From positions 3,777 through 67,776 of the forward strand of contig CBDVCE010000013.1 in assembly GCA_965372405.1 (NCBI GenBank): a stretch of 64,000 nucleotides of DNA, in the 5' to 3' direction. The DNA comes from an uncultured Sunxiuqinia sp. (lineage in GTDB: Bacteria > Bacteroidota > Bacteroidia > Bacteroidales > Prolixibacteraceae). Of this stretch, positions 29,026 to 39,769 are shown one piece after another; position 1 is the stretch's first letter; each line of letters begins with the position of its first letter. The position numbers and the translations under genes are program-made. The notes below the pieces were generated by a model, which was given only the letters and a program-made list of their open reading frames with translations, was not told the origin of the DNA and did no database searches.

Positions 29026-31680
29026 ATGAGAAAAATGACGCGCTTAATGTTAATGCTCATGCTCATATCTTGCTTAAATGTAAGAGCGGGGAGCGAGCAT
29101 AGCATTGATTCACTAAACTATGAGAAAGCGGAGTTTGTCAATTTACCTGATAAAATTGATAAAATCCCGTTCTCATCCCTTGAAAACCTTCTTCAGGGTA
29201 AGTTTGCTGGCTTGTATGTCCAAAAGTATTCTGGGACACCTGGTAGTCAACAAAAGTTTTCGATTCGAAATGTTGGGAATAGCGGTTTAGAAAGCACACC
29301 GCTTGTGATCTTAAATGGTATTACCATTTTTCCAGATGCTTCTGACATTACTGGAACAAACCCGTTATCGAGTATTGTTGTTGACGACATTAGTAGTATC
29401 GAACTCGTAAAAGATGCTGCAGCGTTAGCTATTTACGGTTCTAGAGGTGCTAATGGTGCATTAATAATTAATACAAAAAAGGCCTTGGCTAAAAGCCAGG
29501 TAAACATCAACCTTACTAACGGAGTTTCTGTTGGAGGAGATTCATACCGTGATGTTATAGGTGGCAATCTTGAATTGCAGCAACTAAAAAGGCTGTATGA
29601 TAATCGCAACCTGCTATACCCAAACAATCAGGTTGATTATCCACTATTTGTTTCTAATCCTAAAAATTCATTCTACCGATCGAATGATTGGCAAGATGAT
29701 TCACAAAATTTAGGAAAATACCTGAATTACAATTTTGGCATTTCTGGTACTGGAGTCTTCGGGTTTTATAATATCAGTTTAGGCTTCTTGAATCAGGATG
29801 GTCTTACTGATGATGCAAAACTTCAACGGTATAACCTGAGTATAAATTCAAGGTATAATGTAACAGAAAAATTTGGGTTCGACTTTTATATTACTGGATT
29901 ACAAATGCTAAGAGAAAGAGGCTCCAGCACTATGCTTCCTCCAGCTTATGCTCCTTTTACTTCAGACCCCGTTTTCCCAGAGAATGTTTTCATATCTGAT
30001 AACTCAGCAATAGATGAAAATGTAAACAACCATGTATTTACAAACGCAAAGGTTTTTTACAACTTCTCAGATAAACTGGAACTTACATCGATGATTGGGA
30101 TGGTTTATGAGAATTACAGACGTGATTTTTTCGTGCCATCTACCGCAAATAACGGAGTATTGGTAGCAGCCGCCATGTCTTCCCAAAATCAACGATTTAT
30201 CAGCAGGACTGAACTTTCTTATAAAGGAAATCTAGGCGATCGTGGATTAACTGCCAAGGCCGGTTTTGAGATAACACAAACTCAAAAAGAATATATCGGA
30301 GTAGTTGGTAAACGATACGGTTCAGCCTTTAGTGATTTTGTTAAAGTTGTACAAGGATATGGAAGGAGTCAACTTGAAGGAGGAACATCCTACAGTAAAA
30401 TCAGTTTGATTTCGGGATATGCAACATTTGATTATGAACTAACAAAAAACATTGACGTAACAGGTACGCTTAGGCTTGATGGTTCTTCTCAGTTTACTTC
30501 TGAAAACCAGTTTAAGCTATTCCCCGGTTTGGGAATTGATTGGCAGCTTGTTGAAAATAAAGACGGACTCATTAAAAATGCAAATTTGAAAATGGGTGGT
30601 GCTGTTACCGGACTTCAATCAGAAATTGGATCTCTATATGGTGGTAGCATGGAATCGATTGGCAGCTACTTATCCGTACAAGCACCTACAACTGTTTCTG
30701 CAGCGAATAACGATTTAAGCTTTCCAGTTAGCAAACAGTTTGATATTAGTTTAAATGTTGATTTAAACAATGGTTTGTGGTTTGGAATTGAAGCCTATTC
30801 AAAAAATATCTCCGATTATATTATAAATGTGCCTGCGCAACAATTTACAGGTCGTCTTTTTGATGTAGTTAATGGCTTAGATTTTTCACTAACCGGGCTG
30901 GAATTCACACTTGGATTAGACAAGAAAATTGGAAATGTCGATTGGAGTTCCAGACTTGTTGTATCATCAGTTGCAAGTGAGATTAAAGAGATTGCAGATA
31001 ACCAAACTGGTCTTCAAAAAGGTGAATCATTATCTGCAATTTACGCTTATAAATCGAGTGGAAAATTAACAATAGCACCTGTTAATTCGAAAACAGGTAG
31101 AGCTCTTAACTTTGAGGGAACTCCTTTTCAAGTAGGATTACCAGCAATTGTTGATGCTAACAATGACCAATTTATAAATGCTCTGGACAAAGAAGTTATT
31201 GCTGACTCACAACCAAAGATTTTTGGAGGATGGAATAACCAATTTTCATACAAGAACTTTTATATTGATGCTCAAGTGAATTTCATGAGTGGAGCTGAAA
31301 TTGCAGTTGAATCGAGACTCGAACGATATGCAAACAATTCATATCTACATGCTTTATATCCTGATAATGGAAAAACTACTCCATACTATTTCTTACAAAA
31401 GAATGAATTAGGAGTTGAAATTCAAGGTATTTCTTCAATTGAAAAGATTTCATACGTTAGACTAAACAGCCTTACCGTTGGATATTCGTTTAAACCGAAG
31501 GATTTCTTTAAAGCGAAAGATCTAAACGTATATGCCTCTGCTACCAACTTGCTTACCCTCTCTGGTTACGATGGACTTAATCCAGAGGAAAACAGCAATG
31601 GAATTTCACACTTTAATCTAAATTCTACAGGTACACCATTATTTAGAACAGTGGTTCTGGGAGTTAAAGTCAAATTTTAA
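29026..31680 (+). CDS. SusC/RagA TonB-dependent transporter 1 (short; no N-terminal carboxypeptidase-regulatory-like domain)
   Basis: LLQGKFAGL plug start, KDAAALAIYGSRGANG SusC signature, C-terminal F; 884 aa. Confidence 0.92.
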   Translation: MRKMTRLMLMLMLISCLNVRAGSEHSIDSLNYEKAEFVNLPDKIDKIPFSSLENLLQGKFAGLYVQKYSGTPGSQQKFSIRNVGNSGLESTPLVILNGITIFPDASDITGTNPLSSIVVDDISSIELVKDAAALAIYGSRGANGALIINTKKALAKSQVNINLTNGVSVGGDSYRDVIGGNLELQQLKRLYDNRNLLYPNNQVDYPLFVSNPKNSFYRSNDWQDDSQNLGKYLNYNFGISGTGVFGFYNISLGFLNQDGLTDDAKLQRYNLSINSRYNVTEKFGFDFYITGLQMLRERGSSTMLPPAYAPFTSDPVFPENVFISDNSAIDENVNNHVFTNAKVFYNFSDKLELTSMIGMVYENYRRDFFVPSTANNGVLVAAAMSSQNQRFISRTELSYKGNLGDRGLTAKAGFEITQTQKEYIGVVGKRYGSAFSDFVKVVQGYGRSQLEGGTSYSKISLISGYATFDYELTKNIDVTGTLRLDGSSQFTSENQFKLFPGLGIDWQLVENKDGLIKNANLKMGGAVTGLQSEIGSLYGGSMESIGSYLSVQAPTTVSAANNDLSFPVSKQFDISLNVDLNNGLWFGIEAYSKNISDYIINVPAQQFTGRLFDVVNGLDFSLTGLEFTLGLDKKIGNVDWSSRLVVSSVASEIKEIADNQTGLQKGESLSAIYAYKSSGKLTIAPVNSKTGRALNFEGTPFQVGLPAIVDANNDQFINALDKEVIADSQPKIFGGWNNQFSYKNFYIDAQVNFMSGAEIAVESRLERYANNSYLHALYPDNGKTTPYYFLQKNELGVEIQGISSIEKISYVRLNSLTVGYSFKPKDFFKAKDLNVYASATNLLTLSGYDGLNPEENSNGISHFNLNSTGTPLFRTVVLGVKVKF

Positions 31681-31694
31681 ACTCATACCGAAAT

Positions 31695-33074
31695 ATGGAA
31701 ATTATAAAATATTTACGATATACAATCCTGTTGCTTTTGGTAGTGTTTACATCATGCGATAAAATGCTTGATGTTGAATCAATAAACACAACCTCTCCGG
31801 AAGGATTTATAAAAGACAGGCAAACGGCAACGAATGCCTTGGCAAGTGCCTATGCAATATCACGCCGTGCTGTTGCAAAAAATGGTTCATGGCTAGCATA
31901 TTCTGATTTAAGGACGGGCAACTTAAAAATGAACAGCCGTACAGGTATTTATTTATCAAATCAAGACCTGAATACTTCCGATGCTGCAATTGAAACCATG
32001 AGAAATTGGAATTTCTTTTTGGAAGCAATAGCAGAATCAAACAGTTTAATTGAGAATATTGATAATGCAAGTAACTTTTTACAGGAAGATGAGTTGGATT
32101 CATACAAAGGACAAGCCTACTTCCTACGTGCATTAATGCATTTAAACATGACAGAGGTATGGGGCGACTGTCCTGTTGTTCTCAGCAGTAATGTTTCAAC
32201 TGTCTCAAAATCATCAAAATCAGATGTATTAAAAACAGTAATTGCCGATGCATTACAAGCAATTGAACTACTCCCTCTTACCCATACAGATAATAATGGA
32301 AATATCTATCGCTATTTCACAGTTAGGTATGCCAATAAAATTGCAGCAATAAGCCTGCTAATTAAAGCTTATGTTGCTGATGGTAATTATGCCGATGCGA
32401 TAAAATGGCATCAAACTCTTGCAGTAGAAAATCGGGCCAGGATTTTTGAACTTGAAATTGGTAATAACCTTGCTGATATATATGATGGGGGTTCAAATGA
32501 AACCGTTTTTGGGTTTAGTTTGGGAGGAGATTATGGATATAATAACTCAAATCTATTTGGATGGGATATCTTTTTTAAAGGTGAAGAAAAGAAATACATC
32601 GAAGTAACCTCAGCTCAATACATTACGGATTTGTACAATGAAGAGGATCTTCGTCTTAATAAGCTATTTAATGTAGAGGATGAAAGTGTTGAAATTCTCA
32701 AATACAGCAGTTCATTCCTTGTAATCTTTCGTTTAACCGAAATTGATCTTCTGGCAGCCGAAGCATATTTCAAAACCGGTAACGAAGAAAAAGCACTTGC
32801 TATAATCAATAAACTTAAAGTAAGAGCTGGACTTGATGAAGAAAGTCTCGAAGGCGATGCTTTATGGAATGAAATCATGCAAGAGTTTGAACGTGAACTA
32901 TTCGCCGAAGGAAAACTCTTTTTCCACTGGGATCGCTGGGGAGTGATTGCAGACAAAATTGAGACGATCTCGCAGGAACAATATGATGCAGGAATTGCCG
33001 TATGGCCAATTGCTGATGTGTGTTTCACATCAAACCCTGGCTTGAGTCAAAACCCTTATTGGTTAAATAATTAG
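31695..33074 (+). CDS. SusD/RagB lipoprotein 1
   Basis: Lipobox TSC; GQAYFLRA, IFRLTEIDLLAAEA, ERELFAEG motifs. Confidence 0.92.
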   Translation: MEIIKYLRYTILLLLVVFTSCDKMLDVESINTTSPEGFIKDRQTATNALASAYAISRRAVAKNGSWLAYSDLRTGNLKMNSRTGIYLSNQDLNTSDAAIETMRNWNFFLEAIAESNSLIENIDNASNFLQEDELDSYKGQAYFLRALMHLNMTEVWGDCPVVLSSNVSTVSKSSKSDVLKTVIADALQAIELLPLTHTDNNGNIYRYFTVRYANKIAAISLLIKAYVADGNYADAIKWHQTLAVENRARIFELEIGNNLADIYDGGSNETVFGFSLGGDYGYNNSNLFGWDIFFKGEEKKYIEVTSAQYITDLYNEEDLRLNKLFNVEDESVEILKYSSSFLVIFRLTEIDLLAAEAYFKTGNEEKALAIINKLKVRAGLDEESLEGDALWNEIMQEFERELFAEGKLFFHWDRWGVIADKIETISQEQYDAGIAVWPIADVCFTSNPGLSQNPYWLNN

Positions 33075-33076
33075 AG

Positions 33077-33691
33077 ATGGATAGTATGAAAAAAATAAAT
33101 AGAAAAATCAGTTACGCACTGATTTGTAGCTTGATAGCTATCTTGTTTACTTCTTGCTCTGATAAGGATTACTTTTTCGAAGAGAATATTCAGGTAACAA
33201 ACAAAATAAGTACAGGAACTTATGAGTATTTGGCATCAATGCCTAATCAGTTTAGCCAGTTTGTTTCTGTAATTGACCTGACAAATTCGAAAGACCTTAT
33301 CAATAGTGCCAATTATACAATTATTGCACCTCAAAATTTCAGTATTGAACGATTTGTCTTTGAATATGGCAAAAAAGACATTACCGAGTTTTCGATGGAT
33401 GAACTTGATGCACTATTAAAGAGATATGTAATCAATACAAAAATTACTTCCGATGTTTTAGGCGATGCATTGCAAGTTGCCAGTGAAGGCGACCAAGAGC
33501 TCGTTTTTACAATTCGACAAGAGAATTGGAAGGGAGTTGAAAATATTGGACCTGAATACATATCAATCGATAATTTGAAAGATATCGATGATGACAAGGA
33601 CAACATCCGGGTAAAGGTTGTTACCCCAGATCTTGAAACGTCAACAGGGATAGTTCAGGTTTTATCTAAGAATCACCTTTTTGGTTTTTAA
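33077..33691 (+). CDS. Fasciclin (FAS1)-domain lipoprotein 1
   Basis: Lipobox TSC; YTIIAPQN and DLETSTGIVQVL motifs; ends HLFGF. Confidence 0.8.
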   Translation: MDSMKKINRKISYALICSLIAILFTSCSDKDYFFEENIQVTNKISTGTYEYLASMPNQFSQFVSVIDLTNSKDLINSANYTIIAPQNFSIERFVFEYGKKDITEFSMDELDALLKRYVINTKITSDVLGDALQVASEGDQELVFTIRQENWKGVENIGPEYISIDNLKDIDDDKDNIRVKVVTPDLETSTGIVQVLSKNHLFGF

Positions 33692-33708
33692 CAAATCACG
33701 AGATTATT

Positions 33709-36700
33709 ATGAAGAAAATATTTATTCTAATATTGATAGTATTATCGTTTGGGCAAGCATTTGCACAATCCAGGCTCATTAAAGGGCGGATTACTGGTGC
33801 CGAAGACGATTTGCCTCTACCGGGTGTTTCTGTGATTATTGTAGGAACAACCAAAGGTACGGCAACGAATATGGACGGAGAGTATTCATTACAAGTGGAT
33901 AAAGGTGAAGATGCACTGAAATTCACATTTATTGGATATGAATCTCAGGAAGTTAAGATTGGCAATATGAGCCAGATTAACATTGCATTATCCGAATCAA
34001 AACAGCAATTGGACGAAGTAATGGTTGTTGGGTATGGTAAACAGACACGACGAGAGGTCGTTGGTTCTATTAAAAGTGTAAATGTCGAAGAACTTGCAGA
34101 GAGTGTACCAGCCGTAAGTGTTGAATCATTACTGCAAGGACAAATTGCCGGTGTAAACATTCAGATGAATTCTGGAGAACCAGGAGCCTCTCCTATTATT
34201 ATGGTTCGTGGACTTGGTAAAATATCGCGAACAGATAGAGATGTGACAAGTGCTCCTCTTTTTGTTGTAGATGAAGTTCCATTTATATCGAATGATGCAG
34301 GTGGTTCAAATGTCTTAGCTGATATTGACCCTAATGACATTGCCAATATAACTGTTCTGAAAGATGCATCAGCCGCTGCAATTTATGGATCAAGGGCTCT
34401 TAATGGAGTTATCATGATTACCACTAAAAAAGGTAAATCGGGCCGTCCGCAAGTAACTATAAGCACAAAAGCAGGTTTTAACTTTCCTGGGTCAAGGTTA
34501 CCAACAATTGGAGGTAGCCTGGAGCGCCAACGCAAAATAGCGCTTTATGATCGATTTGACCCAGACCGTGAACTGCCAAGCATCTTGTCAGATAGTATTT
34601 CACCATACTACAATAACTCTACAGACTGGCAAGATGAGAAATATCGTGTATCTGCCTACCAGTCCTATAATGCAGCAATACGTGGTGCTGGAGACTTTGG
34701 TAATTACTCGATAAGTATTGGACATTTAAACAATAAAGGTACCGTTGTTAATACAGGTTATCAACGTAATAACATTATGGTTCGTAACTCAATTTATGCA
34801 TTAAATAAAAAGTTGAGTATTAACTCTGCAATTGCATTTACCCGTACTAATAATACTAAAAGGGTAAGTATCTCTGAACCTTCGTTGACAAGTTCACTTC
34901 TTGCTCCTATTCATTCAGATATATATAAAGGTTTTGATGAAGTTGAAAAGTCGGAGAATACGGATATAAGAGACAGGTTTATGGCCAATGTATTGTTCAA
35001 ATACTATATTAGTCCAGCTTTAAATCTTGAATCAAAACTAAGTATTAACTTTTCAAGAGAAGTTGATTCTAAATATTTTCCAGCACAAATTGTTCCTTCA
35101 TTAGATCCAGAAGATTATCCTTCATCAACTGAGTCTGACGAGTTTGATGGTCGTAATTACCTGATGGAGAATGTTCTTAGCTATATGAAAATCTTCAAGG
35201 ATAAACACTTCCTTACTTTAATGGCTGGGCAAAGTATGGAGTTAAATGAAAGTCTTGGCACTTATGTAGGTGGAATGAAAGTTCAATCATTTTCCCAAAC
35301 AGTTAATTGGCCAAAACTTATCTCCACTGGAGACAGTGACTACGAAGCTTATGGAATGTTATCCTACTATTCTCGTTTAACTTATAAGTTTAAAGAGAAA
35401 TATATTTTCAATGGATCAATCCGTACCGATGGTTCTTCAAAATTTGGAGAAGGTAACAAATGGGGAGTCTTCCCATCAATAGGTGTTGGTTATGTTTTAT
35501 CCCATGAACCATTTTTAAAGGATAATCCAGTATTTAATTTTATCAAGTTCAGAGCCAGTTATGGTGTTGTTGGAGGACAATTTAATGAAAACTACCTTGC
35601 ACAGGGAGTTATGCAGTCATCCTCAAACTATATTGGTGGAACCGGATTCACTCCAAGTTGGAATAAAGGATTTAGAAATAAAAACCTTACCTGGGAGCAA
35701 TCAAAAACCTGGAACTTTGGTTTAGATCTTACATTGTTTAAAGAGCGAATTGATGTGACACTGGATGTTTATAAACGTACAGTTGAAGGAAACCTTATGG
35801 ATATTGCTCTTTCAAATACATCCGGTTATGTTGATGTTTTTAGAAATGCAGCAGACATTGTCAATCAAGGTATTGAGCTAACGTTTGAGACTGTAAACTT
35901 TGAAACCAAAAACTTCAGGTGGGAAACAAATCTAAACTTTTCCAATAACGATAACTACGTAAAAACAATTTATGGTGGCGATGAAGATATCATACGTGAT
36001 TTATCATCAATTATTCGTGTAGGAAAGCCCGCAAATGGTTTATTTTTCTTTAAAGGGAAAGGGATTATTCAAGGTTATGATGAGATTCCGGTAAACCCAC
36101 AAAATGGTAGGCCATTAACAGGCATTGATGGTGAAACACTAGAATTAGGGGATAAATTGTATGAAGATGTAAATAAAGATTACAAATTAGATTACCGTGA
36201 TCGGGTATATGCAGGTAGTCCAAATCCAACTATTGTAGGTGGTTTTAATAATCAGATTTATTATAAGAGTTTCTATTTGTACTTAAACACTGCATTCATT
36301 TTTAATCGTGATGTTGTGAATTCCTCTCAACTTAGTCGGATGGGCTTGGAAAGCGGATTTGCGGGTGATAGTTTCCCAAATCTTGATGGATTCCAGATTT
36401 GGAATAAACCGAATGACACTGCTCAATTCCCATCTATTAATCCTTGGAACCAAAGAGCACAGGCATATTCAAATGACTCAGATTACATTGAAGACGGTTC
36501 GTACTTTAAAATTAGGAGTTTAACACTAGGTTATAATTTCAGTAGAAATTCATTGAAAAGTGTAAACATGAGGAACCTTAGGGTTTATGTGACATTATCA
36601 AACCTACATACGTTCCAATCCTACAGTGGTCCTGATGCTGAAATGATTTCAAGTTCAGGTTACGATACTTCTTCCGGTTATCCTGCACCATTTACAGTTA

Positions 36701-36726
36701 TTGGAGGTATATCAATTGGTTTATAA
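33709..36726 (+). CDS. SusC/RagA TonB-dependent transporter 2 (full length)
   Basis: N-terminal LPGVSV...GTATNMDGEY domain, YGKQ, KDASAAAIYGSRALNGVI; 1005 aa. Confidence 0.95.
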   Translation: MKKIFILILIVLSFGQAFAQSRLIKGRITGAEDDLPLPGVSVIIVGTTKGTATNMDGEYSLQVDKGEDALKFTFIGYESQEVKIGNMSQINIALSESKQQLDEVMVVGYGKQTRREVVGSIKSVNVEELAESVPAVSVESLLQGQIAGVNIQMNSGEPGASPIIMVRGLGKISRTDRDVTSAPLFVVDEVPFISNDAGGSNVLADIDPNDIANITVLKDASAAAIYGSRALNGVIMITTKKGKSGRPQVTISTKAGFNFPGSRLPTIGGSLERQRKIALYDRFDPDRELPSILSDSISPYYNNSTDWQDEKYRVSAYQSYNAAIRGAGDFGNYSISIGHLNNKGTVVNTGYQRNNIMVRNSIYALNKKLSINSAIAFTRTNNTKRVSISEPSLTSSLLAPIHSDIYKGFDEVEKSENTDIRDRFMANVLFKYYISPALNLESKLSINFSREVDSKYFPAQIVPSLDPEDYPSSTESDEFDGRNYLMENVLSYMKIFKDKHFLTLMAGQSMELNESLGTYVGGMKVQSFSQTVNWPKLISTGDSDYEAYGMLSYYSRLTYKFKEKYIFNGSIRTDGSSKFGEGNKWGVFPSIGVGYVLSHEPFLKDNPVFNFIKFRASYGVVGGQFNENYLAQGVMQSSSNYIGGTGFTPSWNKGFRNKNLTWEQSKTWNFGLDLTLFKERIDVTLDVYKRTVEGNLMDIALSNTSGYVDVFRNAADIVNQGIELTFETVNFETKNFRWETNLNFSNNDNYVKTIYGGDEDIIRDLSSIIRVGKPANGLFFFKGKGIIQGYDEIPVNPQNGRPLTGIDGETLELGDKLYEDVNKDYKLDYRDRVYAGSPNPTIVGGFNNQIYYKSFYLYLNTAFIFNRDVVNSSQLSRMGLESGFAGDSFPNLDGFQIWNKPNDTAQFPSINPWNQRAQAYSNDSDYIEDGSYFKIRSLTLGYNFSRNSLKSVNMRNLRVYVTLSNLHTFQSYSGPDAEMISSSGYDTSSGYPAPFTVIGGISIGL

Positions 36727-36735
36727 ATCAGAATT

Positions 36736-38253
36736 ATGAAAAGAATATTGACTAAAATATTAATAATTGTTACAGTTGCGGTGTTCATAGTCACCGGCTG
36801 TACTGATGAGCTTTTAGAACAAGAACCTAGACATACGGTTACTTATAAGCTCTTTTGGAAAACTAATCGCGATGTTGAAGCGGCTCTTAATGGAATGTAC
36901 TCACTGGTAAAGAGTTCATATAATGGTTTGACACGAAATGATGTACCAAATTCAAGACGTTGGGGATCATGGGGTGATTATATCATTTATGGTGAAGTGC
37001 GATCAGGAGACTGGATCACTCCGAATAATGATAGTGACTGGAAAAACATCATGAAAAATAACCTTCGTGCTTTCCCAGCTCTTCAGGATTTGCAGAATTG
37101 GCGACTTTACTTCCGAACCATCGAACAGGCAAATCAAATTATTACACATGTGCCTGAGATGACTTCTAACATTACTGAGGAAGAGAAAAAGCTGGCCATA
37201 TCTCAAGCTCTTTTTGCTCGTGCATTTATCCATTTTCATATGACCCGAATTTGGGGTGATGTTCCTATAAATCTGGAAATTGAAAATGTAGTGCCCTTAG
37301 AGAGACAGAAAAAAGAGGTAGTTTGGGCTACATGTGTTGATGACCTTACGCAAGCACTTGAGGGTCTACCAGAACGTTATTTTGTAGATGGATCTACTGG
37401 AGCAGTTGATAACATCAAAACACGTTGTTATGCAACAAAAGGTGCAGCATGGGCTTTATTGGCTCATATCCATATGTGGCAAAAAGAATATCAAAAAACA
37501 GTTGATGTTATTGATAAACTTGAAGTAACTGGCTTATACCGTCTATTAGATGGGTCACAGTACCGCACAATTTTCGACGAGGGCTTATCGGATGAAGGTA
37601 TCTTCGAAATCTTTTATGATTTCAATTATGGTGAATATGAAACCTATTATGGTTCTGCATTAACCTGGTATTTTATTCGTCCATTTACTACTCGAACAGA
37701 ACTCTCATTTTCAGTTGCAAAATCAAAAATTATGGAAATCTTCCATTATGAGAATGATGCGCGTGTAGCAGAATTTTTCATGAGTATTGATGAAGTAACA
37801 CACACACCTATGCCTGGTGCACTTGATGGTGAAGAAGATGGGATAATGTTTGCCAAGTTCAGAAAGGAACCAAATGAATCTTATCTATTCGATAACAATG
37901 TTATCATCTGGCGTTATTCAGAAATATTATTATTGAAGGCCGAAGCTGAAGCGAATATAGGAAATTCGGACAAAGCGCTTGAATACCTAAACCAAATACG
38001 TGATCGTGCTGGCATTGCACAATTTAACACTTCAGACAAGACTGTGCTAATTGAAGAAATTATGCAGGAAAGACGTAGAGAGCTAATTGGAGAATATCAA
38101 CGTTTTTATGATTTACTCCGCTTAGGTTGGATTCATAAATTTAACACGTTTGTTACTGAAGCTGACGAATTGAACGGTGGTGGTTACTGGCCAGTACACG
38201 ATGAAGCATTTTTACAAAATCCTCAAATGGAGCAGAACTCATTCTGGGAATAA
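36736..38253 (+). CDS. SusD/RagB lipoprotein 2
   Basis: Lipobox TGC; ALFARAF, WRYSEILLLKAEA, ERRRELIGE, RFYDLLR. Confidence 0.94.
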   Translation: MKRILTKILIIVTVAVFIVTGCTDELLEQEPRHTVTYKLFWKTNRDVEAALNGMYSLVKSSYNGLTRNDVPNSRRWGSWGDYIIYGEVRSGDWITPNNDSDWKNIMKNNLRAFPALQDLQNWRLYFRTIEQANQIITHVPEMTSNITEEEKKLAISQALFARAFIHFHMTRIWGDVPINLEIENVVPLERQKKEVVWATCVDDLTQALEGLPERYFVDGSTGAVDNIKTRCYATKGAAWALLAHIHMWQKEYQKTVDVIDKLEVTGLYRLLDGSQYRTIFDEGLSDEGIFEIFYDFNYGEYETYYGSALTWYFIRPFTTRTELSFSVAKSKIMEIFHYENDARVAEFFMSIDEVTHTPMPGALDGEEDGIMFAKFRKEPNESYLFDNNVIIWRYSEILLLKAEAEANIGNSDKALEYLNQIRDRAGIAQFNTSDKTVLIEEIMQERRRELIGEYQRFYDLLRLGWIHKFNTFVTEADELNGGGYWPVHDEAFLQNPQMEQNSFWE

Positions 38254-38265
38254 AAAATTGAAATT

Positions 38266-38877
38266 ATGAAAAATGTATTAATAGCAATTATACTTTTAAT
38301 AATTATCCTCCCATCATGCGAAGAAGACTATTTTCTAGATGGAGGATTAGCAAATGGTGAATTAAACATGTCAACCTATGATTTTATAAAATCAAGGCCC
38401 GATATGTTTGAAAAGCTACTATGGATTATTGATAACAATAACCTGAAGGATAAGATCAACAAAGAAGGGAGTACCTTTTTCCCTCCTCAGGATGGATCTA
38501 TTGTAGCTTATCTTGAAGCCAGACAAGTGGAATCTGTTCAGCTAGAGAAATTACCTCAAGCTGAAATTGACACCTTGGCAATGAATGTAGAGTTGTACTT
38601 ATTTCCTTTTGAGGTTATGCGTAAAGATCTTTCAACAAACATGAAAGAGTATGTATCTATTAACGATAACCTAATGGGCATAACTTTATTTGTACAACCA
38701 TATCAGGAGATTCCAGGGTTTGGGCCTTCTCATATCATTCTAACTGGTCCGGTTCGACCTGTAAAAGATTCTCAAACGGGTATTAGAAGGGCTGCTATTG
38801 TAGCTACTTCTGATTTAGAATCTACTAACGGGGTAGTACATGTATTAAAGCATACCGGGCATATATTCGGTTTTTAA
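38266..38877 (+). CDS. Fasciclin (FAS1)-domain lipoprotein 2
   Basis: Lipobox PSC; STFFPPQD and DLESTNGVVHVL motifs; ends HIFGF. Paralog of 33077-33691. Confidence 0.8.
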   Translation: MKNVLIAIILLIIILPSCEEDYFLDGGLANGELNMSTYDFIKSRPDMFEKLLWIIDNNNLKDKINKEGSTFFPPQDGSIVAYLEARQVESVQLEKLPQAEIDTLAMNVELYLFPFEVMRKDLSTNMKEYVSINDNLMGITLFVQPYQEIPGFGPSHIILTGPVRPVKDSQTGIRRAAIVATSDLESTNGVVHVLKHTGHIFGF

Positions 38878-38906
38878 CATTCTGAAAATCATTAAAAAAT
38901 AATCAG

Positions 38907-39755
38907 ATGAAATTAAAAAATATAACATATACCCTACTAATAGCCATTTTGCTTTTAGCAACATTTACTGGCTGTCAAGAGGATATTAAAGTCGGGACTC
39001 TCTCGGTGGACATGAAGTATTTTGATAAGAAACAGGAGACTACAGTTGGTTTTTCAGGGGAGTTTGGAAGCTTCTACTTCTCAAAGTCTTCATTACCTAT
39101 TGAGTTTTCTATTGAAAATGTGACTGAAGAAGGTGGAGGTTCCATCAAAGAACTCAGCGATATGGTTCGTATTTCAATTTACGATCAGATAGTTGTTAGT
39201 GGCGACAGTGATGCCGCTAAAGAAATGAAAAATGATTCAATTGATGTACCTGCTGTAGAGATAGATAAATATACTGGTGAGCTTATCGTTCACAATAACA
39301 ATAAAGTTTTACCAGGCACTTATCATTTCAATGTAGGTCTTAGCAATGTATCTGGATTCAAAGTTCTGGAGGATGCCTTAATTCTAAAGATGAACGCATT
39401 TACTATGCCTTGGTTTAGTACTGACCTAGGGGGGAAACCTGAAATCAATTACCTAGGTGCAAGTCCTGAGCAAATTGTGTTTAAAATTTACAGATACAAT
39501 ATTGAAACTAAGGTTTTTGACATGCTTTCAACTGTTGATCATTTCTTTATTAAAAGATCAGATTTTGAAGGAAATGATCATTCGTACATCCTGGAGGACA
39601 CTCATCATGCGGGTGAAACCTGGCAAGTTCAATTTCCAATAAGCTTTGATGGAAGTTTTTATGACATTGAAGATGGAAGTTATAAAGACAAAGGTGGTGC
39701 TGAGATTGATTTTGGGCAGCCTGGGAATTATGAAGTAAAAATATTCGTGAAATAA
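38907..39755 (+). CDS. Lipoprotein, DUF5007-like
   Basis: Lipobox TGC; SLPIEFSIENV...TGELIV...GTYHFNVGLSNVSG resembles DUF5007 proteins recalled from SusCD-fasciclin loci. Confidence 0.6.
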   Translation: MKLKNITYTLLIAILLLATFTGCQEDIKVGTLSVDMKYFDKKQETTVGFSGEFGSFYFSKSSLPIEFSIENVTEEGGGSIKELSDMVRISIYDQIVVSGDSDAAKEMKNDSIDVPAVEIDKYTGELIVHNNNKVLPGTYHFNVGLSNVSGFKVLEDALILKMNAFTMPWFSTDLGGKPEINYLGASPEQIVFKIYRYNIETKVFDMLSTVDHFFIKRSDFEGNDHSYILEDTHHAGETWQVQFPISFDGSFYDIEDGSYKDKGGAEIDFGQPGNYEVKIFVK

Positions 39756-39769
39756 TAAACTATTTCGTT

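Noticed and set aside
28445-29026. Pho boxes or an sRNA in the 580-nt gap before SusC1
   Set aside because: Only weak hairpins, a TATATTTG at 28911-28918 and scattered TTTGACA words; no 11-nt-period repeat I can support.
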